The position numbers and the translations under genes were made by a program. Shown here piece by piece: positions 12,547 to 24,025 of a stretch of DNA of 64,000 nt. Location: the NCBI GenBank assembly GCA_949358305.1, contig OX442314.1, positions 12,338,001-12,402,000 on the forward strand. Direction: 5' to 3'. How positions within the stretch are numbered: the first letter of the stretch is position 1; each line of letters starts with the position of its first letter. Source of the DNA: Strigamia acuminata. Lineage: Eukaryota. The notes under the pieces are model-generated. The model had not been told where the DNA came from and made no database searches. It saw only the letters and a program-made list of their open reading frames with translations.

Positions 12547-15500
12547 ATGGATACGAGTGAGCCTGATAACGCAGACAAGGACGCGAGCAAGGTCAAGGCC
12601 GTCATGGCGGCGCCCACGGCGACAGGTGCGCCGAGCTTTCTACAGGCCACGATACCGCCTTTTGACGTTCATGGGGATGTCAATACACAGTCCCAGCGAT
12701 GGAATAGATGGATCGGGCGTTTGGAGATTTATTTAATCGCGGCGGGAATCGCCGACGACGCACGAAAGATGGCAACACTGCTGCATTGCGCCGGCGAAGA
12801 CGTGTATGCGATTTATGAGACGGTGCGGATAACGGGAAAGGACAGTTATAAGGACATTAAAGATGCTTTAACGACATACTTCATCCCACGTAAGAACCTT
12901 GAATTTTGTGTATATAATTTCCGAATTTCGAGGCAGGAGGAGGGAGAGACGATTGACCAATACCACGTGCGCCTGCGACATCTGGCGGTGGGATGCGACT
13001 TTCACTCGGTGGACAGAGAGGTGAAGTCTCAACTGATTCTGGGAACCACGATGGATCGTCTGCGCCGACAGGGATTGCGGGACGCCGCGTCGACCTTGGA
13101 GGAATTCCTGAACCTGGGCAGAGGTTATGAAGCCTCAGATTGGCAGGCCAAACAAATGGAAGGGACAGAGAAGGCAGATGGCGGCGGAATTAATTTTGTA
13201 CGAACAGGCAGCGTTGGTAGGAAGGAGGACGTTACGAAAACGATACGCAGAAGGACGACGGCCGAGCGAAGTGGCGTAAGCGCCGGGAGAAGCGCGGACG
13301 TGGGACGAGAGGCGGGCAGGAAGTGCTTCAACTGCGGGCGCGCGTGGCCGCATCCGACGGCGCAGGACTGCCCGGCTAGGAACGTTGCCTGTCGGGGCTG
13401 CGGAAAGATGGGCCATTTTGCGCGGTTTTGCAGAGGAACTAGGAAGACCGCCCAGCCGGAAGCGGTACGAGAGGTCAACGTATTCGAGGGAAGTGACGAT
13501 GACGAAGAAATCTTTGCTGTCGGATTATGTGCGGACGGCGTCGGGGGTAAGGAGGGGATGCCGGAAGTACGGTTGACATTGGAGGGGAAGGAGATTAGTT
13601 TTATAGTCGATTCCGGGACTTCAGTCGATATCTTGAGCAGGGAGATTTATTTGGCATGGAATCCGAGGCCTCGGCTGGAAAAGAGCACGGCGAGGCTGAT
13701 GACATATGGCGCGACGACGCCTTTGCCGTTGTTGGGACGTATGCAGGTTGATCTTGGCTATGGTATGACGAGCGCGGGAACGAGACTTTACGTCGTTGAC
13801 CGGCCAGGAGATTCACTTTTGAGCTACGCGACGGCCAAGCGACTGGGGATCATGAAGCCAGTAAATGCGGTCAAGGGAGAGAAGTTTGAGGATTTAGTCG
13901 AGAGACAATATCCCGAATTATTCAAAGGGATAGGCAAGTTAAGGGATTGTCAAGTACACCTGCACGTCGATGAGACCGTGATACCGGTCGCGCAACGCTT
14001 CCGACCGCTCCCTTTTAAAATTAGGAAGAAAGTGGAGAAGGAGCTGCAGCGCATGGTCGAGATGGATATCATCGAACGAATTACAGAGGACATGGGGCCC
14101 ACACCGTGGGTCTCGCCAATCCATTGCGTCGACAAGCCGAAGGACGCCGATCCGGACGCGATTCGTTTATGCGTAGACGCACGCGAGGTGAACAAAGCAA
14201 TAAAGAGGGTGCGCCATACGACGCCACGACTGGAAGATCTAATCACGCTGGCCGAGGGGGCGAAGGTTTTTTCAAAACTAGATTTAGTGCATGGTTTCAA
14301 TCAGGTTGAATTGGACAACGAGTCGAGAAAGTATACGGTTTTTGCCACCCATATTGGACTGTTCCGTTTCAAACGCCTTTTTTTTGGTGTGAATTCTGCA
14401 TCCGAGGTATTTCAGGACGAAATACGACAGGTTATCGAAGGGATACCTAAGTGTATAAACATAGTGGACGATATATTCATAGTGGGAGATTCGGTGAAGA
14501 CACATGATGAGACATTACATCGGGTTTTGCGACGGCTGAGTGAGAGGGGGTTGACGTTGAACGGCGCGAAGTGTGAGCTGCGGAGGACGGAGCTCGTTTT
14601 CTTCGGACATGTCTTTTCGCATAAGGGAATTTCGGTCGACCCACGGAAAGTGGAGGCCGTCACGAGGATGGAGATACCAAGGACGGTCTCGGAAGTGAAG
14701 AGTCTGCTCGGAATGGTGATCTATTGTGGACGATTCATTCGAAATATGGCGGACACGTTGAAGCCTCTGCGCGAGCTGACGAAAAGATCGAAGTCGGCGT
14801 TTGTTTGGGGTGGAGAACACCAGGCGGCCTGGGACCGTATCAAGGGGCAACTGGGGGACCGTAGTGTATTGGCGTATTACGACGTGACTGCGAAAATGCA
14901 CTTGACGGTGGACGCGGGGCCGCACGGATTGGGAGCGATTTTGGCTCAGGTGAAGGTCGGGGAGTCGGAACCACAGGTGGTAGCGTACGCTAGCAGGGCT
15001 CTAACGGACGTCGAAGCAAGGTACTCCCAGATTGAAAAGGAGACACTGGCGGCCGTTTGGGCGGTCGAGCACTTCTATTTGTACTTGTACGGCGTTTCGT
15101 TTACGTTATTTACGGACCACAAACCATTGGTGGGCATTTTTGGCAATAGGAGGTCGCGGCCGTCAGCGCGCATCGAAAGGTTATGCCTGAGAATTCAACA
15201 GTATACATTTGAGGTCAAACATACGAGGGGCGATACGAATCCGAGTGATTACATGTCACGGCACCCAGGAGTGTTGTCGGGGGTGGGCCGTGACATGTCG
15301 GGTACGATCGAGCGATACGTGAGTTTCGTTGCGAGAACGAGAATACCAGCAACGATGACGCAGGCGGAGGTGATTCGAGAGTCGGAGAGGGATGTGGAGA
15401 TGTCTATGGTGCGGGAGGCGTTGCGACAACCAGAGGGGGAGCAGGAAAGATATTGGAAAAAGGAACAGTTGAAGCCGTACGCCATGGTGAGGAGCGAACT

Positions 15501-16758
15501 GTCCTGTGCCGGGAACGGCATAATTTTGCGAGGGGACAGGATTGTGATCCCAAAGGCCTTAAGGGGAAGAGTCGTGGAATTGGCCCACCGTGGTCATCAG
15601 GGCATAGTGAAAACGAAGTGCCTTTTGAGACAAAAAGTATGGTTTCCCGGGGTGGACGCGCAGGTGGAGCGCGTGGTTGCAGGATGCATTCCGTGCCAGG
15701 CCAGCATGAAAATAACAACGAGGACCCCTTTATTGATGACAACGATGCCCGACCGTCCGTGGCAACAGCTGGCGCTTGATTTCCTGGGCCCCTTCCCCGA
15801 TGGGAAAATGTTGATGGTTCTCGTGGACGAGTATTCGCGATTTCCGATGGTGGACACTATCGCATCCACGCTGGGCTCGGGCGTGATAGCGGTTTTGAGG
15901 AAACGATTTTCCGAGTCGGGTTTGCCCGAGGTCGTGAAGACCGACAACGGGCCGCCTTTTTCATCAAGGGAATTCGACTCGTTCATGGTAGAGATGGGCA
16001 TCAAACATCGACGAGTCACGCCACTATGGCCGGAGGCCAACGGAGAGGTCGAAAGACTGATGCGCACACTAAATAAGGCGATTTTGGCAGCGGTGACGGA
16101 GGGAAAGAAGTGGCAGGAGGAAGTCCATGAGTTTTTGCTCAATTATAGGGCAACGCCCCATTCGACCACGGGGGTATCACCGGCAGAGTTGTTTTTGAAA
16201 CGAGCGTTAAAGACAAGATTGCCACAGATTTTTGTGAACGAGACCGATGTCGACGTGAGATTACGGGATGGAGAGCGAAAGCAGCAGATGAAGGCGAGAG
16301 CGGACCAGACACGACACGTCCGGGAGCACGACTTCAAGACGGGAGATCGGGTCCTCGTCAGGAGACGAAAAATAAACAAACTGACAACCCCTTACGACCC
16401 GCTGCCATTTGTGGTGTCGTCGGTGGAGGGATCAAGGATCACAGCGGTAAGAGGCCAGCAGACGATGGTGAGGAATGCGTCTCACTTTAAGAGAATAGGA
16501 GCAGCTCGAGATGAGGAGGACGAGGCACTGATGGGAGGCACGATCGAGAGAGAGAGAGAGAGCCAGGAAGCGGCGGCGACTCCGGAGCTGGAGGTGGCGG
16601 GCCCAAACTTTGAGGAAGAAGAAGAGGGAGAAATGGGTCCAGCAGGGGTGACAACGCCGGAGCCAACAGTGAGAGAACAGCCAGAAGGACCCCGACGGTC
16701 TGCTCGAGTGAATAAAGGACAACCGCCTAAGTGGCACGGCAACTTTGTGAGATATTAG
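12547..16758 (+). CDS. Gag-Pol polyprotein (~1403 aa from the first ATG)
   Basis: Two Zn knuckles (CFNCGRAWPHPTAQDC, CRGCGKMGHFARFC); protease FIVDSGT; RT KLDL...FG...NIVDDI; RNase H VDAG...YSQIEKE...TDHKPL; integrase HRGH...CIPC with D(LALDF)-D(TDNG)-E(NGEVER). No stops or frameshifts. Confidence 0.97.
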   Translation: MDTSEPDNADKDASKVKAVMAAPTATGAPSFLQATIPPFDVHGDVNTQSQRWNRWIGRLEIYLIAAGIADDARKMATLLHCAGEDVYAIYETVRITGKDSYKDIKDALTTYFIPRKNLEFCVYNFRISRQEEGETIDQYHVRLRHLAVGCDFHSVDREVKSQLILGTTMDRLRRQGLRDAASTLEEFLNLGRGYEASDWQAKQMEGTEKADGGGINFVRTGSVGRKEDVTKTIRRRTTAERSGVSAGRSADVGREAGRKCFNCGRAWPHPTAQDCPARNVACRGCGKMGHFARFCRGTRKTAQPEAVREVNVFEGSDDDEEIFAVGLCADGVGGKEGMPEVRLTLEGKEISFIVDSGTSVDILSREIYLAWNPRPRLEKSTARLMTYGATTPLPLLGRMQVDLGYGMTSAGTRLYVVDRPGDSLLSYATAKRLGIMKPVNAVKGEKFEDLVERQYPELFKGIGKLRDCQVHLHVDETVIPVAQRFRPLPFKIRKKVEKELQRMVEMDIIERITEDMGPTPWVSPIHCVDKPKDADPDAIRLCVDAREVNKAIKRVRHTTPRLEDLITLAEGAKVFSKLDLVHGFNQVELDNESRKYTVFATHIGLFRFKRLFFGVNSASEVFQDEIRQVIEGIPKCINIVDDIFIVGDSVKTHDETLHRVLRRLSERGLTLNGAKCELRRTELVFFGHVFSHKGISVDPRKVEAVTRMEIPRTVSEVKSLLGMVIYCGRFIRNMADTLKPLRELTKRSKSAFVWGGEHQAAWDRIKGQLGDRSVLAYYDVTAKMHLTVDAGPHGLGAILAQVKVGESEPQVVAYASRALTDVEARYSQIEKETLAAVWAVEHFYLYLYGVSFTLFTDHKPLVGIFGNRRSRPSARIERLCLRIQQYTFEVKHTRGDTNPSDYMSRHPGVLSGVGRDMSGTIERYVSFVARTRIPATMTQAEVIRESERDVEMSMVREALRQPEGEQERYWKKEQLKPYAMVRSELSCAGNGIILRGDRIVIPKALRGRVVELAHRGHQGIVKTKCLLRQKVWFPGVDAQVERVVAGCIPCQASMKITTRTPLLMTTMPDRPWQQLALDFLGPFPDGKMLMVLVDEYSRFPMVDTIASTLGSGVIAVLRKRFSESGLPEVVKTDNGPPFSSREFDSFMVEMGIKHRRVTPLWPEANGEVERLMRTLNKAILAAVTEGKKWQEEVHEFLLNYRATPHSTTGVSPAELFLKRALKTRLPQIFVNETDVDVRLRDGERKQQMKARADQTRHVREHDFKTGDRVLVRRRKINKLTTPYDPLPFVVSSVEGSRITAVRGQQTMVRNASHFKRIGAARDEEDEALMGGTIERERESQEAAATPELEVAGPNFEEEEEGEMGPAGVTTPEPTVREQPEGPRRSARVNKGQPPKWHGNFVRY

Positions 16759-16901
16759 GACATTGTCGTGAAGTGTTGAGACTTTGAGACTTTATTGTGA
16801 ATTGTTGAGACATTGTGCAGTTTTGAGATTTGTTTTGTGTTTTTGTGAATTATTGATTTGAGTTGATTTGGTTTGTTGTTTTCTTGATTTGAATTCCCGC
16901 A

Positions 16902-16913
16902 TGGTGGAAGGGA
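16902..16913 (+). promoter_or_regulatory. Polypurine tract
   Basis: TGGTGGAAGGGA immediately before the 3' LTR. Confidence 0.75.
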
Positions 16914-17042
16914 TGTAATGTTGTTGTGTAATAATGAGCAAAGTGACCACGAGAGGGCGCTGGGCGCTGGTCACGGGACAAAGAATAATAAAGAGACAGT
17001 TGTGTTTTAACCACCAAACTGGGCGGACGTCGGTACTTTACA
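16914..17042 (+). repeat. 3' LTR (129 bp)
   Basis: Identical to 12309-12437; followed by TSD TTAAC. Confidence 0.96.
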
Positions 17043-18709
17043 TTAACCAGCAAAAGATTCTTTTCAGCTACGAAGAGGAGATTAGGGACGAGGAAAAGTG
17101 GTATTTACACACATTTTCATATGGATGAGATCCATTATGGCTTTGAAGGTCTTTGGAAATTTTTTTTTTTATTTTTAAAGTTTTTAAGTGATGATGGAAC
17201 TTTTTGAATGGTTGCCAAACGATTAGTTTTTTTTTTTTTTTTTTTTAATCTTTCTTTTATTCTTTTTTTTTGTTTTGGGTGTTTAAATCAGTGATATTTC
17301 AGTCATGCGATGACTTTTGCGGCGGTTTTGCTGGAGAATTAAAATTGAATTTGGTGGTTTCATTTCCTCTGGGCCACAGATTGAGAGAAGTATTTCATTA
17401 CTTGGAAATTTTCTCTTTATGCTTCTCCTTGAAGCGGCTTGTCAATTTCGAATCAAGCAGATGGTTATTTCGCGGGAAAAGGCCAATTTTTGGGGGCAAT
17501 TTTGTTGAATATAAAGGGAAATTAACTTTTGGTTATTGCAAATTTACGACAATTTTGCTGGCTTAATTGGGAAACAAGATCTTGTGTTTGTTTTGTTTTA
17601 TGGTCAGTTGATGTTGAATAAATGGACATTCAGCTGCAAAGATAAAAAAAAGATAATAGTGATATATTTTTTGGGTTTTTTTTGTACTAAACACAGTAGG
17701 AATTAAATTGCAAGAACTGGTTACAGATTAATTCGAATTAGTGTCCAAACTGAAAATGTCAGGAGAGATTACAGAGTGGCAGTATTTTTTTTTGGTGTAG
17801 TAAGAAACTGCAAATCATTCTTTTTAACTCTGAAGTTAATCAAAATGTTTCTACTACCCCAAACTGTATTAAAACAACACACAGTGTTACTCCAATCATG
17901 ACTTATCAATAAGCCACTTATTGGAATTAAATTATCATTTCAGTGATGTAAATTACATCATTTCCTGTGGCTGGTAAAACATTTCAGCCACATCAGCCAA
18001 TGACGTGCATGAATTGTTGATAATTCAGATTATGATAAGTCAAATAATTCATTTGACTTTGAATGCACCCAATGTCAAAAATAACGCTTATTCTGTAAGC
18101 AAAGTTACGACGTTTTTTCGATGTGGCAAATTGATCTCCACTGTTCAGATAACCGGTTGTTCGCATAATCGACGCTCGGATAGTCGTCGTTTTACTGTAA
18201 TTAAATAAAAGTTGGAGAATTTTAAATAATTTTAATTTCTATTGCAGAATTTCTCCTAAACATTTTTTAATTTTGCAAATTTTTTTTTTGGAAAACTCGG
18301 TTGGTGAGATGCAGTGAAGCTAGCGTTAATATTCAGGCGGTGCTTTTCGGCTGGCGCTTGAAATTTCGAATTAAATTTAAAATAAAAATAAAAATAATAA
18401 AATGAAATTTTTGTTATTCTTTTCTGGAAATCGCCACAGTATAAATAGTCTAAATACAAATAAAATCTTTTGCAATATCTTTTTGTTACACACTTTTACA
18501 GCGTTTAACTTTTTATCACTGCTTCAATGTTATGAAAGCAAAAAAAAATAAAATCTTTTTATGTCTGCACACAGACTTTAATTCACTTAAACTTAGCGTG
18601 TGTCTTATCTCAATGATTTCACACAACAGTCATTTAGTTGGTTAAATTTCCACTTTTATTTTCTTTTTTTCTCCAACTTTGTTTTTATTTCTATTTGCTA
18701 TTTACCTAG

Positions 18710-19109
18710 CTATACTCCAAACCGCCCCAACGTTGTTTTAACTCCTATTGGGTGAGCCATCTCACTGGTGTAGTGGCATAAAAAAGTAGCCCATAACAAC
18801 AGAATTGTAATCTAACTAGGCAAAACAACCAATAAAAAACTAAACCTTTGTTTACCTGCGAAAAGAAACCAACAAACTATGCTAACATTGTTTGATTGAT
18901 TAAAAGGGGAAAAAGCTTATTTTAGCAAATAAAATAAATATTTTATTACCAAATAAATAAAATCCATCATTTCTAATCACTTTTCCCACTGAAATTCATT
19001 GAAAATAAACAGAACTACTTTTTAACGTAGTAGAGCACAGTCCACAGTTAGTCGTAATCCGGCTAAACCAATAGGAGTTAGGACAACGTTGGGGCGGTTT
19101 GGAGTATAG
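18710..19109. mobile_element. MITE with ~50-bp TIRs
   Basis: CTATACTCCAAACCGCCCCAACGTTG...AACTCCTATTGG versus CCAATAGGAGTT...CAACGTTGGGGCGGTTTGGAGTATAG. Coordinates may include the TSD. Confidence 0.8.
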
Positions 19110-21545
19110 ACATTTGTTCACATTTTGTGATTAAATTTCTTTTGGCTCGAGCTTAAATTGAAATGAAATTAACTTGGTCGTTTTCTCTTGTAAGTAATCC
19201 TTCCTGTTTACACGTGCAGTTGCATGTAATCCGTCTTCAAGTGCCTGGTCTTATCAAGACAAAGACTGATCACTTTACCTTATCGAAAGAAACGCAGTGT
19301 CATTTATTTCAACATTGTGCTTGCGCCAGAAAATGACAGGGGGAGAAAAAAAAAGTAGAAAAACTGAAAGAAATAAAAATAAAAATAAAAAAGCTGAAGA
19401 TTTCTAATCTCGAAAGTGAATGGGCTCATTCGAGAATGTTTTTTGAAATGCACTTTACAACATTTGGAAATCATTCTACAATATATTCTGAAATATTTGT
19501 TGTCCTAATATTTTACATAATATTTTAGAATATATTGTGCAAATATATTTCATTTTTCAACCATGTATCTTGTGTATAATTTAATGGGAAAGCATTTTAA
19601 ATGTTGAATGACTTTGCTCGAAATTTGATAAATGAATTGTTTTCGTGCACTTAATATTGAAATGGACATTTCCGAAACGATGAAAAATGATGTTTCTGCG
19701 GGATTATGAAGCGTATCGTTATTGATGTGTGTTTTGCTCGGGGAATTTAATTTGTTTACAAATAGGCCTACGTGCCATTTTACATTACATTAATATGGTG
19801 ACATTTAACATGAAATTTAATTTTCTCAAAATGCCATCTCGCAAAGTCTTGCCATTGCAAAAGCAATTTCGTGTCGGGACAAAGCTAAAGGTAGTTGTGT
19901 GTAGATAATATAGTCGTAACTAGTCGTGCGTACCGACAAAAGCAACAAAAGTTTGCAAGAGTCGGCGGCTTTTTTGCTTGATGAGATAAAGACAGGTCTG
20001 CACTTTGTGTTAAATATTAAGCGAGTTTAGGCTGAATAATTTAATGAGGGTTTAATTCGTAATTTTAAAGTTTGCAGCGAGGGAATTACTTAGTTTGCAC
20101 GTCTAATTTAACTGAGCTTGCGGATTCTGGCTGTTTTCTTTCGCATTCATTAAGAATTGATAAGTTTCGACTCTGTTCTCTGCATTGGTAAATCAAATTT
20201 CGTTGTGTAACTAAGTGATTTGCCACGTAATTTAATTTGCTTAAACAAACAATTGCTTTAAATGATTTATTTCATCTATTTATGGCTGGGAAAGTGAAAC
20301 AACAGTTCAATTTATCATTTATTTGCGATTATTTTTGTTCATGCGCTGTTAAATTTAATCATTTACTATTAATTTTCTTCATTTTCAATTTTTATTTTTA
20401 TTTTTTTTTCAATTATACTCTTTCTAGTTGATTATTTTCATAAGGAATTACGTTTTAAAACGGTTGATTCAGCTTGAATTGAACTTCATTTGCTCTTATT
20501 TTTAATGGTTTCGCTCCTCCGCACATTTTAATTTTTTTAATTTACATTTTAGGAATAATCAGAGAGATTTATCATTTTTCCAATAAAATATTCCTGCTTT
20601 AATTGTCTAACCTTTAATCTTTGAGCCCTGCAATCCAAGATTTAATCTTATATCTCTTCTAGTCTTGTTTAACTACGTATATACTTAAAAAAAAATTGCA
20701 ATGAAATTAGTAATTTCGAGAAAGCCTATGATGGTACCCGTAGCGCACTATGGAAACCAAATTAATTTAATTCTCAAAACGAACTTCATTTTTAATTCGC
20801 AGAGCAATTTTTTTCTGTCGTTATTAAAAATTAGTGTCAAAAGTCGAGCAAAAAAAAAATATATATATTTAAAAAAAAATAAATAAAAAATAAACGGAAG
20901 TTGAATGTCAAGACAGATGCCTTGAAACCAGTTTATAGTCATTGAAGTGGTAAAATTGTTAATAACTCTTTTTAATGTCAGATATAATTTACTTTTTAGG
21001 AGTCGCCCTGCGCTGCGAAGCTGCTGAAACTTTTTAAAAACCCATTGCAACGACAAGAGGTTAATATGGGAACGTGGAGAAAATATAGTTAGTATATTTA
21101 TTTATTTATTTATTTATTTATAAATTTATATTGGTTGTGGTAAGTAAGAGGGCGTTCAATCGGTTTTATATTCTGTCTTGGACGTAATAAATTATGAAAT
21201 ATTGCTTTATAATGAATGGCTTGTCTTTAATATATCGATTGTTTGTGTAGTAAAGTTTAATGCAGACGGCAGCATTTTTGGTAAAGCAACAAATCGGTTT
21301 TGAATTTGTTAGCTGCTGATTCAGCAATTAGTAATTAATTACGCTTAACTTGAAACAAGAGATTTAATTAACGATATGGGAATTTACTTAGTTCTGCAAT
21401 TGTTTGCAATTAGAATTTTTAATTTTTCTTTCTTCTAAGTTCTGTTTATGTGGTTTTTGCTGGTGTTTCTATAAAAACGGACGACAGAAACCATGATTGT
21501 GTCTGTTTTGAATTTGTAAACGGCAATTAAAATTTTTTTATTTTA

Positions 21546-21606
21546 TTAAAGTACTAGTAAATATTTTAATAATTGGACAAGCCTATAGTTAACAACATTT
21601 ATTGCC
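21546..21606. repeat. Isolated terminus of the 52810-54450 inverted-repeat element family
   Basis: TTAAAGTAC...GACAAGC...AGTTAACAACATTTATTGCC|TA closely matches 54390-54450. Confidence 0.65.
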
Positions 21607-21631
21607 TAAGCTGTAATATAATTAGGTTGTA

Positions 21632-21815
21632 CAGTCGAAACTCTTTACAACAAATCGCATGGAACTCGAAAAATCGATTCGTTATAACGAGAATTTGTTA
21701 TATCGAAATTTTTTAACTTGGTGTTCTATGGTCAGCCAACCAAACCAGCCATTTTTTGGTATTTGTTATATCGATAATTTGTTATATCGCGATTCGTTAT
21801 AAAGAGTTTCGACTG
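21632..21815. mobile_element. Tc1/mariner-pogo-type MITE (CAGTCGA family)
   Basis: TA|CAGTCGAAACTCTTTACAAC ... GTTATAAAGAGTTTCGACTG|TA. Confidence 0.85.
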
Positions 21816-22882
21816 TAAAACCAAAACCAAGCATAAAACACCTTGAAAACCCACTTCAGTTGTGGGTTCTGTTATTGAGGTTTTTTCGATGATGGTTTAT
21901 GGCTGTTTTTGTGTCCATTTTTCATAGAAACGCTAAAAATAGCACACACAGAAATGTAATGAACTAAAATAGGTTAAAAAATATATATGATGTTGTGTAA
22001 ATGTACAATATGCACTTCTTTTTTCTGTAAAGTATTTCATTTGAAATAAATTGCATTGGGGATCTAGACGCGACACGCGAACGACTTTGACTCTGAACTC
22101 TCGTATGGATTCAACGCGGACAAGATGATGACCATTTCACTAGAAATCCAATTTTCTATTTGGTGGTTGGATACGAGACATTCAATCCCGCACGCAACGT
22201 GTCTTTTGTAGGTCTCTCTCTGTTTCCTGAAGCAAACCGTGACCTGACCTTCGCTTCCAATACACATTTTTCACGGCGTTGTAACATAAAATAAAAGAAA
22301 ATAGTTGCCGACAAGACCTTTCAGCACCCAGATCATCAAAATGAAATCGGATTCCGAAATTAGAAAAATTTAAATTCATTCATTTTTAGTTTCAAAATTT
22401 GTCAATAGGTTTGTAAGGATGGAACGTGTTGATGCTCACATGATGTAGGTTGAATGGGAATTATTCTGTGGCGTGCAGATGTTTGCAGTGATTGACGTGT
22501 TTGTTTAAGCAATTATTTCTAAAAACAAAGTTTTCTTGAAGATGTGGGTTTGGTTGCATTTATTTGGTTTTTTTTATTTAAAAAAAAAACATCTTATTTA
22601 TTATTTAAGGGTTTGGTATTAGTAAAGGCGGAGATATGGTATTGATCGAAAACTCCACCCAACGTCAAATATTCTTCAAAGCTTTTTTTTTTTATATTTT
22701 ATTTTTTTTATAGTTATAAAATTGAATTAAATTTTTAAAATTGATGTTTGAAATTCGGAACGAAAATATAAATGTTATGACACTAATAAAGGGTTCATAT
22801 GAGGATAATTTAGAGAATTTATCTTCTGATACTGTAGTTTAAATTCATGATTTATAATTGACTGTTTTTATTTCTTTTTCAG

Positions 22883-22948
22883 TGGGACAGATGTTGCGCA
22901 AGCTTCGGCGGCATCGCAAGAAGCGTCGACATTCGTGGAGTTCCTACG
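22883..22948 (+). CDS. Candidate KChIP alternative N-terminal exon (GQMLRKLRRHRKKRRHSWSSY)
   Basis: Strong pyrimidine tract TTTCTTTTTCAG| and donor CG|GTAGGA; GC-rich island in AT-rich DNA; 66 nt, symmetric phase 1/1; in-frame ATG at 22891. Confidence 0.55.
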
Positions 22949-23986
22949 GTAGGAAAAAAGCATGATTTAACGATAATTACCCCGCTTTGGAAGGCAATGC
23001 CCAAAAATGCAAGTTTGCCCAGATCGGGGAATCTGATTGGCTGCTCCTTTTTGTGTTATGCCATAAAAGTGGAATTCTTGCCCGGATAATGGGGACTCAT
23101 TTTATCTGGCACTGTCAGATAATTTGACCATGGTCCGAGTGAATTAAATAAAAGATTAACGCAGAATTAATCTTTTTTTTTAATGAAAATTTGTTTGATT
23201 AATTTTCTGGGGAGTCATATTTGTTTTCAGCAACAATTTTGATCCATCATGTTTCAGAAGGATTTGTAGCCCCACCCACATCTCCACCCATTTTTTTATA
23301 TTATTATTATTTTGCTTCCTTATTTGTACACACAAAAGATTGGTATTTTTTAACTTTGGTTATTTTCTTGTACGATTTCTTTTGTGGTTATTGTCAGCTG
23401 TAAATGTCAAATGTTTGTTGAAAAATGATGGGATTAAGGGGTGGTAGGGTTTAAAAATAAAATGTTTGTACTGGCCTTTCAGTCTGAATGTTTGTGCTTG
23501 GAAAATTGGATTTTATTTTTTTTTTTTTGATTTGTCACTATTGTTTTTTTTTTTATGTCAACACCGTTAAGGTTTTGTTTTGTTTTTCGTTCTACTGAAT
23601 CATGTTTGATAACTCCTGCAGGCTTGGCTGACTGGTTCGTGAATAATTAATTGGTGAGGGAATTAATTACGTGTTCATGTTGTGTTAGAAATTTGATTTG
23701 CAAAATTGATTATCATTGATCATTAAATCGGATAATTTAGATTGACATGTATTTTTAATTATAATTGATTTTAAATACAAGCGTAAAAAAATAGCAATTC
23801 AAGTTGAGCCCGCGCTTAATTACTTGGAGGAACTCTGAAGGAGGTTGGTATTGGCGTGCCATCTATTGGCTGAAATATTTACTAAAATGGTTTTTAGGTT
23901 TTACCGTTAGGTGTCACAAAAGCATGGAGCTGTGTAATGATCATTTTAAATGGTCGATCACCCAGAATGAATTTGAATCTGTCTAT

Positions 23987-24025
<39 letters not shown>

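Larger units (their letters stand above)
12309..17042 (+). mobile_element. Full-length Ty3/gypsy LTR retrotransposon, Mag-like
   Basis: Two identical 129-bp LTRs (TG...CA); 5-bp TSD TTAAC at 12304-12308 and 17043-17047; PBS; PPT; single Gag-Pol ORF with domain order PR-RT-RH-IN. Confidence 0.97.

Noticed and set aside
13125..16742. Many antisense and alternate-frame ORFs inside Gag-Pol
   Set aside because: Expected shadow ORFs of a GC-rich coding region; no motifs.
12211..17109. Older solo LTR split by the Mag insertion (TGTAATATGG at 12211 ... TATTTACA at 17109)
   Set aside because: The termini look LTR-like, but there is no matching TSD (TTCGT vs CACAT) and no poly(A) signal in the rejoined sequence.
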